Source of the DNA: Cladosporium halotolerans
Lineage: Eukaryota
Assembly (NCBI RefSeq): GCF_011745625.1
Contig: NW_027191497.1
Coordinates: 62,001-126,000 of the forward strand
Direction: 5' to 3'
DNA: 64,000 nucleotides
The first letter of the stretch is position 1. Each line of letters starts with the position of its first letter. Shown piece after piece: positions 27,505-45,828 of this stretch. The notes below the pieces were generated by a model. It ran no database searches. It was given only the letters and a program-made list of their open reading frames with translations, and was not told the DNA's origin. Both the position numbers and the translations under genes were made by a program.

Positions 27505-29884
27505 TCAAGTGAATGCACCGCCGCCAACGCCCGAGCCGTGGCCGGTAAAGCCGCGCTCAATCCGAGCGGGAGCTTGGAAGTCGGTCCCGGGCCGGAACTC
27601 CGGGTAGGGGAAGGACACTGGTGCTTGCTCTGGTTCGGTGGTGAAATAGCTGTCCATATCTGCAACGAAACCGGCGTGTTGCGAAGGGCCAGCAGTGCGG
27701 AATGTCGGACAGGCTTCTGCCGTGTGTTGCGGGCACGATGTCCCGTTGGAAGCTTCCAGAGGCGCAAAGAATTGTGTCTGAGGGTTACTGACCGGACTGG
27801 CCATAACGGACTGATTGTAAGCGGGTTGCTGATTAGTATGAATGTTTGAAAAAGGCGAGTTCGCCGGGTTCACTGGAGCGTATATCACATTGCCGGACAC
27901 ATTATCCATCTGAGGTTGAGAAAACTGGGTGACGATGTATCTCGGGCATGATGGGTCGATCGAAATCTGGTTCTGGTCAAGTGTTGTAGCAGGGAACTTG
28001 AAATCCTGGCGACCTGGAAAGTCCGAGGTGGGAGGCTCCGAGGTGAATCCATCCACGACTGAAGGGGCTGCAGATGTTACAGATGCGCAGAAGGAAGCAG
28101 GTGAAGACTGTTCCATCCATGGCGAATGCATAGTAAAAGGCTGCGACGACACTCTCTGCCCTCTCTGAGCGTTCTGGCTCTGATCTTGTAGGTAGCGAAT
28201 GATGGATGAGGTCTTTGAATCAGCATCACTGTGATACTGCTCCCACCCTGTTTGGTGAGACATGACTGACATGCTGCGCGAACAAGTCCCCGTCATGCTT
28301 GATTGCGGCTCTGCACTGTATCGTGAGACGCAATCTTGCATGACGTGATCGGGCTCGACTTCACCATGGTTGGCACCTCCTGGGGACATAGCAGGCGTGG
28401 TAGTCTCAGACGATCTTTTCACTCGTTTGGCGAGTGGCGTAGAGCTGGACAAAGATTCAGAGCCAGACTCATCGTTGGAATATTCGCAGCTCTGGCGATA
28501 TCTCTTCCGCTGGCAAAGTCTATCATCATCGTCGCCTTCGAAGAAGAATCGGTCGCTGGCGTCTGGATTGTGTCAATGAATGTTCTCGTTTACTCGCATT
28601 CGAATATACGCACCAACTTCTCCCCTCTCATAGCGTTCCTGCAGCCTAGCGAGCTCGTAAATCTGGGACAACAGCTTCTGCCGTTTAGATGTCCTGTCGT
28701 CTGGTTCCCGCATCTCGTCGAACATAGAAGGTGGTGCGAGCTCCATGAGGAAGTCGGTCCAGCCTCTCGTGACGTGAGTCTGATGAGGTTTCACGGAGTC
28801 GTTGTTCCAAGACTTGAGTAGAGCAGGAGCAGGTCTCAGGAGGAGAATGTGGACAACGAGGTTGATTCGCTCTGCCTACCATCAGCATGTTGAATCCAAG
28901 CAAGGTCCAAGCGTGAAAAGAGGAACTCACCGTCTCGTTTGATGTGATCTGGCTCTACGAAACGACACTCAGTAGTAGGCGGCCACCACCCAGGGATGTC
29001 GCCGGGAATGTAGTCTTGGCCTTCGCGTTCGCGCTTCTTCTTGTGGTATGGGAAGTTAGCCTGCTTTTTCGGACAGATGCCCTTGATCCAAGCCTTTGCA
29101 ATTCGTTTGATCGGAAGTTGTTGCAGCGCTCGAAACCAATTCGCGATCTGCTCATCGATCTTCGCTGCTTCGTCGACGCGAATACTTTGCATGCGTCGCG
29201 AGTACCCGGCGACGGGGTTTCCTCCGGATGCGTTGTCCGTAATTGTTGCCCTACGAGATGGTTGGGAGTCCTTGGGCTCGCAGGGGCCACTGGACGCGTC
29301 ACTGGTAGTGACCGAGACGCTTGCTGAGTGATCGCGTGTTCGTGGAAGACCGCAGAACTCATTGCGAGCATGGTCGTTTTGCGTGGATTGGCGTCCGTAG
29401 GTCGACGCAGTCAAGAGGTCTTCGAGTGTTCATTGTCAGCGAGTTCACGGTCGAATGAGGTTTCTCTTTCACACAGCAAACCTACCGCTCGTATTAGGGG
29501 CATTGTTGGATCCGATCATCGACGTTCCATGCGCAAGGCGAAGGTGCACTTCCGCATCGCTTGTGAAGACACGATTTGTGCACTGCAGCATATCGCTCGT
29601 CGTGTGAGTAGAGACATCACCATCGTCGTGCAAGGCCATCAAGACGAAGGCTTTGACAGGCTTCCCGCCTCGGCGCTGGAGGGCCTGGTTAATGCTGGCA
29701 TCAAGTGTCTGTATCGCGGAAACATTAGCAAAACAGTCATACGCTATTTGGTAGAACGGTGGCTCACGTTGGTGTTGTCATCCATCATGGATTGTGCATC
29801 TTGGAGATCGCATCCTGGCACAGAGTGTGCAGGAACGATCTGTTTTGAGTCCATACGACGATGTGTGGAGAAGCCTCTCGCCAT
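27505..29884 (-). CDS. YDR124W-like / DUF2841 domain protein
   Basis: Introns 29767-29709, 29485-29420, 28930-28872 and 28613-28563 join in frame. Motif LQQLPIKRIAKAWIKGICPKKQANFPY...PGWWP...FVEPDHIKRDER. The start codon is uncertain, and there is a probable 5'UTR intron at about 30008-29955. Confidence 0.8.
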
Positions 29885-32800
29885 AATCCTCGTAACGGCC
29901 CGGGGTGCTCGGCGACGAACCTTGTTTGGCAGCAAGCCAATCTCACTGTGCGTCTAGTGAAACGCAAAGTTAGATCGCATGAAGATTGGCAGAAGAGTGG
30001 TCACGTACGGGATCTGGGTCCGTGTAACTTTGGTGATTGGGTCGCCACGGTCGTCGCAGCCCAAGCGGCGACCAGAGTTGGATAGAGGCAGTCAATACAG
30101 ATTCAGACTGTGTAGACTGTAGAGTGGTGGGGAGGATCAAGTCAGGCGCGTTCCGATCATCAGTAGGGGCTGCCTCAGAAGACAGGCGGCGTGATCAAAG
30201 CGAGCCACAAGGCGGTGGGGAGTGAGTGCGAGTCGGGGAGTGAGCAACGATTGGCTTGGACAGTGGGTAGCGTCGAGTGTTAGTAACCCTCCGACGCTAT
30301 GAGACACCGCCGAGGATGCGCAAACGATAACACCAACGAACTCAGTATAAGGGTGAGCACAGAAAGGGCTCACAGGTGTGGGTGACAAGAAGACAGAATG
30401 CAGCGGACTGTGGAGATTTGGAGGGAAGTCCAGACCATAAATGAGATCGTGCGGTCCAGTCCGACTGGTGTGCCGGGCTAGGCGCTGTAGCGTTTGCAGG
30501 TGAGCAATCGAAGCCGTCGATGGTGCCCGGATACCTGGGAAATCGCGGCAGCAGATTGGGAGGGGCATCTCGTCGACTTCCCATGTCTTCCCTCCGGTGC
30601 CTGGGAGTTGGGCCGGCCAGCAGTCGATGCAGCCCGCAGGGTCTCTCTCGTTACCTGGCGAGCAAGCAGGGCCGTCGTACGGTGCACACCCACTTGCATA
30701 GTCCCGACGACTAGGGCCTGCTGCGCTGGCCGGCCGCGAGCCCTGGAGGCGGCGCGAAGGCTTGATGGACACGCCGGGCCTGAGACTGACAGACGCACGC
30801 CGTTGGCGATGGGACGCTTGGTGTCCGGCAGTCTGGCGGTCCACCAGCTACGCGAGTGGCAGTGGCGTCAGATAGACGGTGCCGTGCGAGCCCACTGGCC
30901 GGCGGCGAAGGGCAGCTCTGGCCGGTGGGGTGGTGCAGAGGGGCCTGGGGGTGTGCCACAGGCCTGATCGTGACTAGCGGCCCGATGGTGTACGTGCGAT
31001 TTGCATACGCGTGCAGGGTCGTGGGCGGGCGAGCGCCGGGGGGAGATGGGCGTGCTCCGCGGACCGGCTCCCCCACCGACACCATGCGCGAGAGAATCCC
31101 CATGTTCGCCAGCCCCGGCATGAGGATGCGAGAAATTCAGCGGTTGGCTGCAGAGGTGAAAAGACCCAGCGCCTCCGTGGCCCCTGCAGCCTCGCAGCGG
31201 GCAATCCTCGGCCAGTGACGGTTTCGACTATACCGCAGGACCTGGATGGCAGGCAGCCCGGACGGCACCTCGTCACGATCGCAGACACGCGATAGTCGAC
31301 CTGCACGCACACGATTTCGCCCACGCTCTATCGGCGGGACCGTGTGCGGCGGCGCCCTCCGTTCCGGAATACTGTAACGGCGGCGCTTGGCAGCGACCTT
31401 CGCAAGCGATGGCTTCGCTACCTAGGAGACTCGCGAGGTGTCGCTACGCAGGCGTGGTGGCAGCGCTGACTCAAGGTCTCCTCTCAGCCCTCTCCCGCCC
31501 TTCGGGGTCGTATGTAATCAATCCGCGTGTCGGAAAAAAGCCATAAGACCGCTCCCCGACGCTTGGGCGGGAGGCTCGAAGGTAGCGATATTGTGGCTGC
31601 CACACCACACATCCCACCGACCACGCATATCCGGCATCCCACTCCCACCCGCTACGCCTGCACGCCCGCACTACCGACCGCGCCATGCGCATTGCGAAAT
31701 ATGCATAGGCGTTTCCCCAATCCCTGGATCGCAGTCTGGGGAGGGCCTCCCGGCGCCGGACGCGCTGCAAGGCCGATTCCGTCAGCCGTGCAGCCTGTAG
31801 CACTGCGACTCACTACTGTCGGACAATTGCAGCGGAGGGCTTTCGTTGAGCCGGGCACAGTAGTATGCGTTTTCGTATCGTCTGCCCTCCGCCCACCGAG
31901 ACAGGTGACATCGCCGCGAATCGAAGCAGGCGTTTCTGAAACAAAAACGCGCCATCAGCTCGCGACGTTGATACTCGCCTTTCTTCACCGGTCGGTAGCG
32001 GCCGTCGTGGCATGGCATCTCCCTCGCCCCTCCACTGCAGAAGAGCGTCAGGCACATGCCCCGCAGCGGGGTCAATGATGACCGCCAAAGGGCCAAAACG
32101 CGGAAGAGCAGCAGATCGGGCGTCGAACTCAACGGCGCGCCGCCCGAACGACGAAGCCAACGCATGCCATGCCAGCCAGCCAGCCAGCGGTTGACCATCC
32201 TCCTGCCCAAAACGGCACTAAACCCGTGCAACCCACTTCGACCATCGAGCAGCCACCCACCACCACGCCGAAGCAGGGCGCCGTGGGAGCAGCTTCACTA
32301 CTGTACGGTACAGCGCTCACACGCCGGCAGCGGAGTCGGAGCAGCGAGCGCTACGCTGCGCACTGTCCAGAACCTCACGCCCGCAGCATGCAGACGCACA
32401 ATTCGGAAGCCGCATGACGGCCAACAACAACACCCCTCCAGCTTCAACCCATGATCCCGCCTCCGATGGCCGCAGCCCGGCTCCTGGTCGCACTGCATTG
32501 CAGCGGAAGGGCGAACCCGGGGACGGGCTCTTCGACCAAGGCATGCAGCGCGTGCAGGCCCCGCTGCCGGCTGCTGCGCCAGGAGCCCGTCTCGCACCCC
32601 CTGCCCGGTAGTCGCGCTCGCCAGGCCCCGGACATCAGGGTTCATCGCATCGGCCGGGGATGACGCGCCCAAAAAACGCCATTTCATTCCCACCCGCGCC
32701 GCGCGACCAGGTCGGAAGCAGAAGGCGCGGGCCGTCCACGTCGGGCGATCAACAGGGCAGCGAGCGGCTCGTCTCCCCGTTTGCGCGCGGGCGGCATGGC

Positions 32801-33328
32801 ATGGGTTCATGCGTGGCCCGCGTAGGCGACGAGCGCATGATGCGCGGCCGCCTCTTCGCGCAGCACGGCGGGCCGGGGCGACTGTGGTTGACATCTGTCT
32901 GCGGTGGGGCGTGGCACCTTGCAACCCCCTTCCCTTCCCTTCCCGGCGGCGACATCGCTGGGCGCGTCGCGGCACCGGGGAAGGGAGCGGGTGGATGATG
33001 CGCATAGCAGCGTTCATGCATGCCGTTCAAAGCTGTGTCCTCGTGAAACGTACCACGGGCGGCATGACATTTGGGCGCGCGAAGCGGCTGACACACGTGA
33101 GCTAATGTAGGGCGTCTGCGTGGGATGGCGGGTTTCGGTCGTCGTATCTCGTTCCTAGGAGGGCATCGCCCGTTGCTGCGAGACACGCCACGTGCGAAAG
33201 GAATGTAGAGTAATTGGGAACTGATCTAATCGAACGCAAAACCAATCTAGCAATCTGTTATTTTCACATTTATAGGAAGCACGGGTCGGCCGTGCTAGCG
33301 CAGCAGCGGTGAAGTCTGGTACCGAGCC

Positions 33329-38982
<5,654 letters not shown>

Positions 38983-39846
38983 AGAAGCGGTCGGGATGGT
39001 GATCGTGCTCCCCGAAGTTCGCAGGGAGCGAGTAACGGCTGAATACGATCAGGTGTTGTGGCGTGCCCAGGTCGACAAATGAATGGCGAAAGCTCGATAG
39101 CGAGTGCCGCGCAACAGACCGACGAGGATCGCCGCGACTTCTGCTATAGGAGGGCGAGGACACGTAGGGTGGGCGATCGATGTGTCCAAGGCGGCCTGGA
39201 CGATTAGGGAGGGAGGGAGGGGTGAAGAAAAGATGCAGGTAAGATATGCACCAGGTAGATACGCAGGAAGGCGAGAGGTGCGTCGGGCGACATGGGCCGT
39301 CCAGTCCGCTTTTCAGGCGACCGCATCTCCCACGTCACCGGACGAAACGCTAAATGCCGACACCTTACATAAGCAGTGTTTCCACTGTACATTATCTCGA
39401 AAGGTGAGCAAGATACGGATCGGTCTCGTAAACTGACTTTCTACATGCAGTCTGCCTCACGGTGAAGCAGATTTCGACTGTTTATTCAGTTCATGCACGC
39501 GTAGGACCAATGATGTACTCCGCACATGGCCAGATCCACTCAAAGCTTCGTCTTCCTTAGCTGGCCGATCCTGACAGACCAATCACAGCAACTTAGATCC
39601 GTGTGACCATGCCATTACAGCGAAATCAATCATGAGCATCGTTCCCAACTCCAAAAGCTCACTTGCAGCGACCACGTTCGTAGCTCCATAAAATATTGTC
39701 GTTCTCACAAGCCCTGTGTGCACAAAAGTTTCGTAGAAATGTAATTGAACCATACAATATTTACATAGCAAAGCAGGTTCCCAAACGCCTTAGTGCTTCG
39801 TTCGGCACAATCTATGGCCAAACACTCGCTCACAAGCATTCGCCCT

Positions 39847-40661
39847 TTACCGAGGAGCGCACTTAGGCTGCCACGGGTGGTACTTGTTTTTGACGCTGCT
39901 TGCGGTTAGTAAACGCTTGACATCAGGGAACGCGGCTGCGACGTACGTGCTGTATGGCTTGTAAGCACTCCTCGAGGCTGTGAGGACGGGCTTGTGCTCC
40001 TTGGGCTCCCATGCGCGGAGGCCGGGGTAGAGCAGCTTGTCCTCAGCGGGAGACTTGTCGACCATGTACGACATCCAGGCGTGCCTTCAGGCGGGTTAGA
40101 TAAACTTGCTCGCATCGGTCGAGTTGAATGTGCGCTGGAAACGTACCAGCCAGGCTCAATCTGCGATCTGTACACAATGTGTCAACAGCTAACCCATTAA
40201 TGTGTTGTTGCTCCTGCACTCACGGCTCGTATTCGGGCCAAGAAGTGGCGTAGTCGACCCATCTCGTACGGACTGTTTTCTCGCCTTAGCGTATGCATCC
40301 TGATTTATGCGCATTGCTTCACGTACGCGGCAGCTCCTCCTCGAGGTTCTCGTAGAACTTGTTGCCGAATCTGTCGGTGCCGATCAAAGTACCGCGCTTG
40401 GTGTCGCCTGTGGAAACTCAGTCTCCGTCCATGTTCTCCCATGCTTTTGCCCAGTCATACCGATGTTCTACATTGCGAGTTCCAGTGTTAGTAGAAGCGT
40501 CTCGTCGCTGTTTGAGTGGTCGGGCGGGCATACCTGCATCTGGTGGCCATATTCCTGGGAGATGTTAGCGCATGTTCGTTCTGTTTCGCCGAGCGCCAGA
40601 CTCCACATACCTTGAGGCCAATGCTGCGCAAGTTGCGCAAAGTGCGCATAATAGTCGACAT
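39847..40661 (-). CDS. NADH:ubiquinone oxidoreductase subunit NDUFA12 (B17.2)
   Basis: Eight exons (40661-40611, 40554-40534, 40467-40461, 40407-40327, 40272-40224, 40167-40147, 40084-39947, 39895-39847) give GTLIGTDRFGNKFYEN...LRTRWVDY...QIEPGWHAWM...AYKPYSTVKNKYHPWQP. Confidence 0.92.
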
Positions 40662-40800
40662 GGTTGCGGTGGGTGCTGTGGTCGGGCAATGGCGTCTACT
40701 CGTGCTCGTCGCAGCTGTTGAAGGCGCGAGGCCGCCGGGGAAAGCCCGGACATCGGGATAGGCTTGGCGTTGCTCCTTGAAGACGAGAACAACCGCAAGA

Positions 40801-40835
40801 AGTGACTTTTTTGAGAGTGACTTTTTTGAGAGTGA
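40801..40835. repeat. 15-bp tandem repeat (AGTGACTTTTTTGAG) x2.3 in the divergent promoter
   Basis: Directly visible: agtgacttttttgag agtgacttttttgag agtga. Confidence 0.9.
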
Positions 40836-40848
40836 TCAATTCGCCCGG

Positions 40849-42542
40849 ATGATAACAAAACGCGTCTTGCCTTGCTTGAGGCAAGCTTCTACAGGTGCTT
40901 CGAGACGACAGATAGCAAAGTATGGCCGGGTTCAGCGGCGATACTCCAGTACGTCCGGCAGTCCCGTCACGCCAGCAGCCCAGACGCAGTCGTCCGCGGC
41001 ACCAATAGCCAGCATCACAAACGAGCTAGACAAGCTCTCACCACGTTTTGATATACCTGCTGAGTCTATCGAGATTCTTCAAAGCCCAGCAGAGTTTTAC
41101 GCAACATTGAAGGCAGGCTTTTCACAACTTTGATCGACGACTGCCAACTAATCGAACGGAAACAGGCCAAAATCCTGAGTGCAAAACACAGGATCTACTT
41201 ATCAACTCTCTACGTAGGCAAGAGTGAGCATGAGTTGGTTGGTTTGCTTTAAAAGATCAGGAATCATTGGCAAAGGCTCACAACTCCACAGATTGCCACA
41301 ATTCACGATGCACTAGAAGCGAATGCTGAGCTCAAGGTATCGATAACAACAGACGCCCTCCGAGGAACAAGGGAGGTTCCGAATCCATCCAGTGCCAGCC
41401 TCCTCGCATCACTCATCCGTGATTTTGGCTCAGAGCGAGTTGAAATATGCATGTATCACACTCCCAACCTTACAGGCATCCGCAAAGCGATTCTTCCAAA
41501 GCGTATCAACGAAGGGTGGGGACTTCAGCACATGAAGCTCTACGGAACAGACGATGAAATCATCATGTCAGGCGCCAACCTTTCTGACGACTACTTCACA
41601 AACCGACAAGATCGGTACCACGTCTTCAAGTCGAAGACAGTGACGGACTACTTCGCCAGAGTTTACCGCGCGGTGGCCGATCTCAGCTACCGTGTGATCA
41701 TAGATGATGCTCAGCCGAGCGGGTTCTCTCTGGAATGGCCAACGACCAACATCCAGCCCGAGCCACTGAAAAATCCCAAGGCGTACATGGCCTCAGCAAC
41801 AAAATCACTGGCACCTCTCCTGAAGCCTTCTGTTTCCAGCTCACCTAGCGAGAAGGAAGGAGACACCGCAGTCTACCCAGTCCTCCAACTCACACCTCTT
41901 CTCAAACCCGACACCTCCACAGAGCTCCCAGCCCTGACTGGTATCCTGCGCAAGCTCGGTACGCCCGAATTCGCAGGATCGAAATGGACTTTCACAGCCG
42001 GCTACTTCAACATGACTCCCGAAGTGCGCAACCTCCTCCTGCAGTCTAATGCTGCCTCCGGAACCGTCGTCGCAGCCTCGCCATGGGCAAACGGCTTCTA
42101 CGGAAGCAAAGGTGTCAGCGGCATGCTGCCTCCAGCTTACACATACCTGGCACGCAGTTTCCTCGACGCCGTTTCTCGGAAGGGCCTCTCCGATCAAATC
42201 GCTGTCAAGGAGTGGCGTAAAGGTACAGTCAACCAGCCCGGCGGCTGGACTTACCATGCCAAGGGTATCTGGGTTACATTGCCGAAAGAACAGAACCCCA
42301 GCATTTGTCTGATTGGCAGCTCGAATTACACCAGCCGCAGCTACTCGCTAGACATCGAGGCAAACGCGCTGATTGTGACGAGAAATGCCGATTTGCAGCG
42401 CCGCCTTGGTGAGGAGGAGAAATGGTTGCAAGACTACGCTAGTCAAATGACTAGAGATGATTACGCGAAGACCGAGAGGCGGGTCGGCTTGCACGTCCGC
42501 ATTGCTATGTGGATCGTGAAAGTTGTTGGAGGCGCGTTGTAA
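40849..42542 (+). CDS. PGS1: CDP-diacylglycerol--glycerol-3-phosphate 3-phosphatidyltransferase (mitochondrial)
   Basis: Exons 40849-41112, 41166-41237 and 41292-42542. Basic targeting peptide, RIYLSTLYVG, DALRGTR, GLQHMKLYG, GANLSDDYFTNRQDRY, GWTYHAKG and GSSNYTSRSYSLD. Confidence 0.93.
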
Positions 42543-42692
42543 TTCATCCTACTTGTGGGCTATCTGTAAGATACGTATCCGATCTGTACAATACTCTACG
42601 TATGCGCTGCCATAGTATGGCAGTCAAGTCAACAGCCATCACGCTCGTGTCTTGTGGAGGCGTCGACTAATCGTGACCTCGCAAAAGTGGTC

Positions 42693-43750
42693 TCAAGCTT
42701 TCGTTGCTTCCGGTGCGATCTCTTCAATCAATTCGAAAAGCTCCTCACTCCATTTCTTCGCCTGCTCCGAGCTGACACGATTGTCCTCCGCAACGCTGTA
42801 CTTCGGTCTGCCGAATCCATTAGCGACCAGAGATCTGATTTCACAGATCATTGGCAAACTTACTTCTGCACTTGACAATCCATCAAAAAGCCACCATGCG
42901 CTTCGGCAGGTAACTGCGGGCTCACAGCATGTACCAGCGTGCGGGCTCCGACTTCTGTCGAACGAGCGAAGATGCTCATGGCAATTGCCTGCACTGCTTT
43001 CATGAAGACACTCATATCGTCTCTGAATAGATCGCTCTTGCACGCGCCGGGAGTCTGCACAGTAATTACGACGTTCGATTTCTCCGAGACGGGATTCAGG
43101 GCTGCCACGCGCCGCGTGGCGTAGTACACGAGTAGCTTAGAGTAAGAGTAGTAGTTGCCTTCCGGTAACACACCGCGCGAGTTGATGCGAGGAAAGATGG
43201 CGCCGTCGGGGTTTTGGAGCTCGGTCGGGTTGACCGTGTACATCATGTCACTGCCGACGAGGGTGAGGCGGCCGCGAGAGCCAGTGCGGGAGGCACTATC
43301 TCGCAGTATCGGCAGGAGAAGAAGCTCGAGAAGCGTAGCGCCAATCACGTTCACGGCGAGATGGGCTTCAGTGCCGTCGATTTCTTGCCGCTTGAAGCTG
43401 AAGACGCCGGCATTGAGAATCGCGGCGTCGAGTCTAGGGAGAGTGGAAGCGCGTTTCGCAAATGCCGTGATGGAGTCTTTGTTGCTCATATCCAGTTGCC
43501 AGACTTCGACTCGCGAAGCAGGAATGTTGCAAGACTTTGAAATGTCGGCAGCCGCTGCTTCACCTTTTGACAAGGTCCGGACGGCGAGGATGATCTTGGC
43601 GGCATTGAGACGGGCAAGGTGGCGAGCTGCTTCGAGCCCGAGACCAGTATTTGATCCTGTGACGATGACTGTCTGGTGGGTGAAGTCTGCGGTCTGCTGT
43701 GGAACCTTGACCAGTAGCTGGGAGTACAAGAGGTCAAAGAAGTAGACCAT
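42693..43750 (-). CDS. Short-chain dehydrogenase/reductase (retinol dehydrogenase-like)
   Basis: TGSNTGLGLEAA, NAG and YSYSK (YxxxK) motifs. Intron 42863-42808 leads to the last exon ...KKWSEELFELIEEIAPEATKA. Confidence 0.88.
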
Positions 43751-45725
43751 TTTCGCTTGGCACTTGAGCTCTGATGATATGTGTTGTGAAAATGTACGGG
43801 TGTGCTGTATTATGAAAAGTTCATTCGATCGACAACAGAGGATGCTGATCAGAAAGCAAAGGGAAAGGTGATGATTGAATGCAAAGTATCAGAGAAGTGG
43901 CACAACTTGGAGAACGTCGAACATTGACGTTCCAATGGTCAAATACCTTTTGACGAAAGACCATTTATCTACGCTAAACTCAATCACGCGTGATGATCTT
44001 GCTAGGTCGAGTCAGAAGTCTAGCAAGAAGATCCGCCGACGTACAGGAAATTGCATTCGACATTCATCCGTCGCGGATGGTTGTTGTCAAAAGTCAAGTC
44101 GTGGGCGTCACTGCAAAGTTCAGGCGGAGCTTGTTGGAGACCGAGTCGGCGTGAAGTTGTCCCGCTGCCCCAGATCGGACGATCAAGCACCCTTGCGCGT
44201 CCTTCTCTTGAGAACGTCTCTCCCTCTCGAATACCGCTGCACCACCTGCCAATATCGTGGTGGCCGGCAAACCAGGTCTCGATTAACATGCCTCCAACCG
44301 CTTTGCTCAGCTTTTGCATTCAATGAAACCAACGGTGTGGTCTCAATAAATCCAGCGACCAGCTCGGGACATGTGTCGATGACGACCGCCGGGCATTTAT
44401 CCGTTCATGTGCAACTCTATCCATACACAGTCTGCAATTGAGGCAGCTTTGGAGTGCAAAGCATCCGAAACAAGCTGTTCAGTCTCAAAAGTATTCGGTA
44501 GTATTAGTCTGGACAATTTGGAAGCAATCTACAGTCAGATATGGCTCCCGAGTAGTTGGGTCCTTCTTTCTTCCACCACATTGTGAAGGTAGCTGAGTCC
44601 TAAGGATTCATCGGCCAATCCTCAAAACCTACAGATTGCGAAGGCCACGAGCCAAGATATGGACGTATCGGGAGTGCTAGTAGCGGTGTAGACTCACGAC
44701 AATGTTTCCCAGCTGCTTGCACCCAGTACCTGCACAAGCTGCCAGCAACCTCTGAAGTTCTGCCGTAACTCCTTCCGCAAAAGCAGCTTTCAAGGGTGCC
44801 AGGCAACACGGTGTTTCAGCAGTGACTGCAGAGGCTGGCAGGTGCCACAACAGCAGACTCCTTGCATCAAACACAGTTTCTGCCTGCTGTTGCCTGGAAA
44901 AAGCGGCTACCGGCGTCAAGTTTTCACTTCGTTTGACCGCGATCTGGACTGTGAGTCATTAAGCGATTGGCTCGAAGAATGTGAACTGACCTCAGATACC
45001 GCTCATCCCCGCTCTGCCTTTCTTTCATCGACAACCAACAGAAGATCTCCCATTGCCCTCAGTGGAAAAGCGTCGTTCAAGTGGGCATCTACCAGAATCT
45101 ATCTGGGAGAATATTCAAGACGACCCACGTGAGCCCGACTACGGCGAGTTTGATGAATCTGATGAGTATGAATTTGATGAGTACGAATCTGACGATTATG
45201 GGTTTCCTGATCAGAAGAGGAGGACGAAGGCGTGGACTATGAGTACGACGAGGATGAATATGAGGATCAGGATGAGGATCAGGGCCAGGACCAGGATTGA
45301 GAAAAGACGGAAAGACCGGGAGGCCTATTCCAAAAGGCCACTTTGTTGATGGTGGTGGCTGACCTTCAGCTTTTGCTTTCTGCTCTGGGGATCTGGATAT
45401 GATTGTTGTTCAGCGACCTCAGGGCCATCTTTTTGTATCTTCGAGTGAACACAAGTTTTGGATTTTGTCTCCAATCTCTCAAGAGGTGTTTGTCATTGCA
45501 AGCATTGATGTGCTTGCCCATGCTGGTTATCTCGATGGTAACTGTGCAAATCCCTCTTCGAATAGGCTAAGTAGTGACATCAGCACTCAGGAGTGGATTC
45601 TGTGCAAACATTCCTGAAGACAATGGAACAACACTCTGGTAACTGGAAAATGCAGGGGATGTTGGTGAGCAGATAGTATGCTTGTTTATCAGTCTGACGC
45701 TCTAGATGAGATAGTGAAGCCGTTG

Positions 45726-45743
45726 CCCTAACCCTAACCCTAA
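45726..45743 (+). repeat. Interstitial telomere-type repeat (CCCTAA)3
   Basis: ccctaaccctaaccctaa is directly visible about 85 bp upstream of the UreF ATG. Confidence 0.8.
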
Positions 45744-45828
45744 ATTCTCTAAAACACATCTCACCTCAATCCTTCGTATCTCCTGTAGGGAACCAATCCC
45801 AATCCAACAAGAGAGGCATTTGGGCAAA

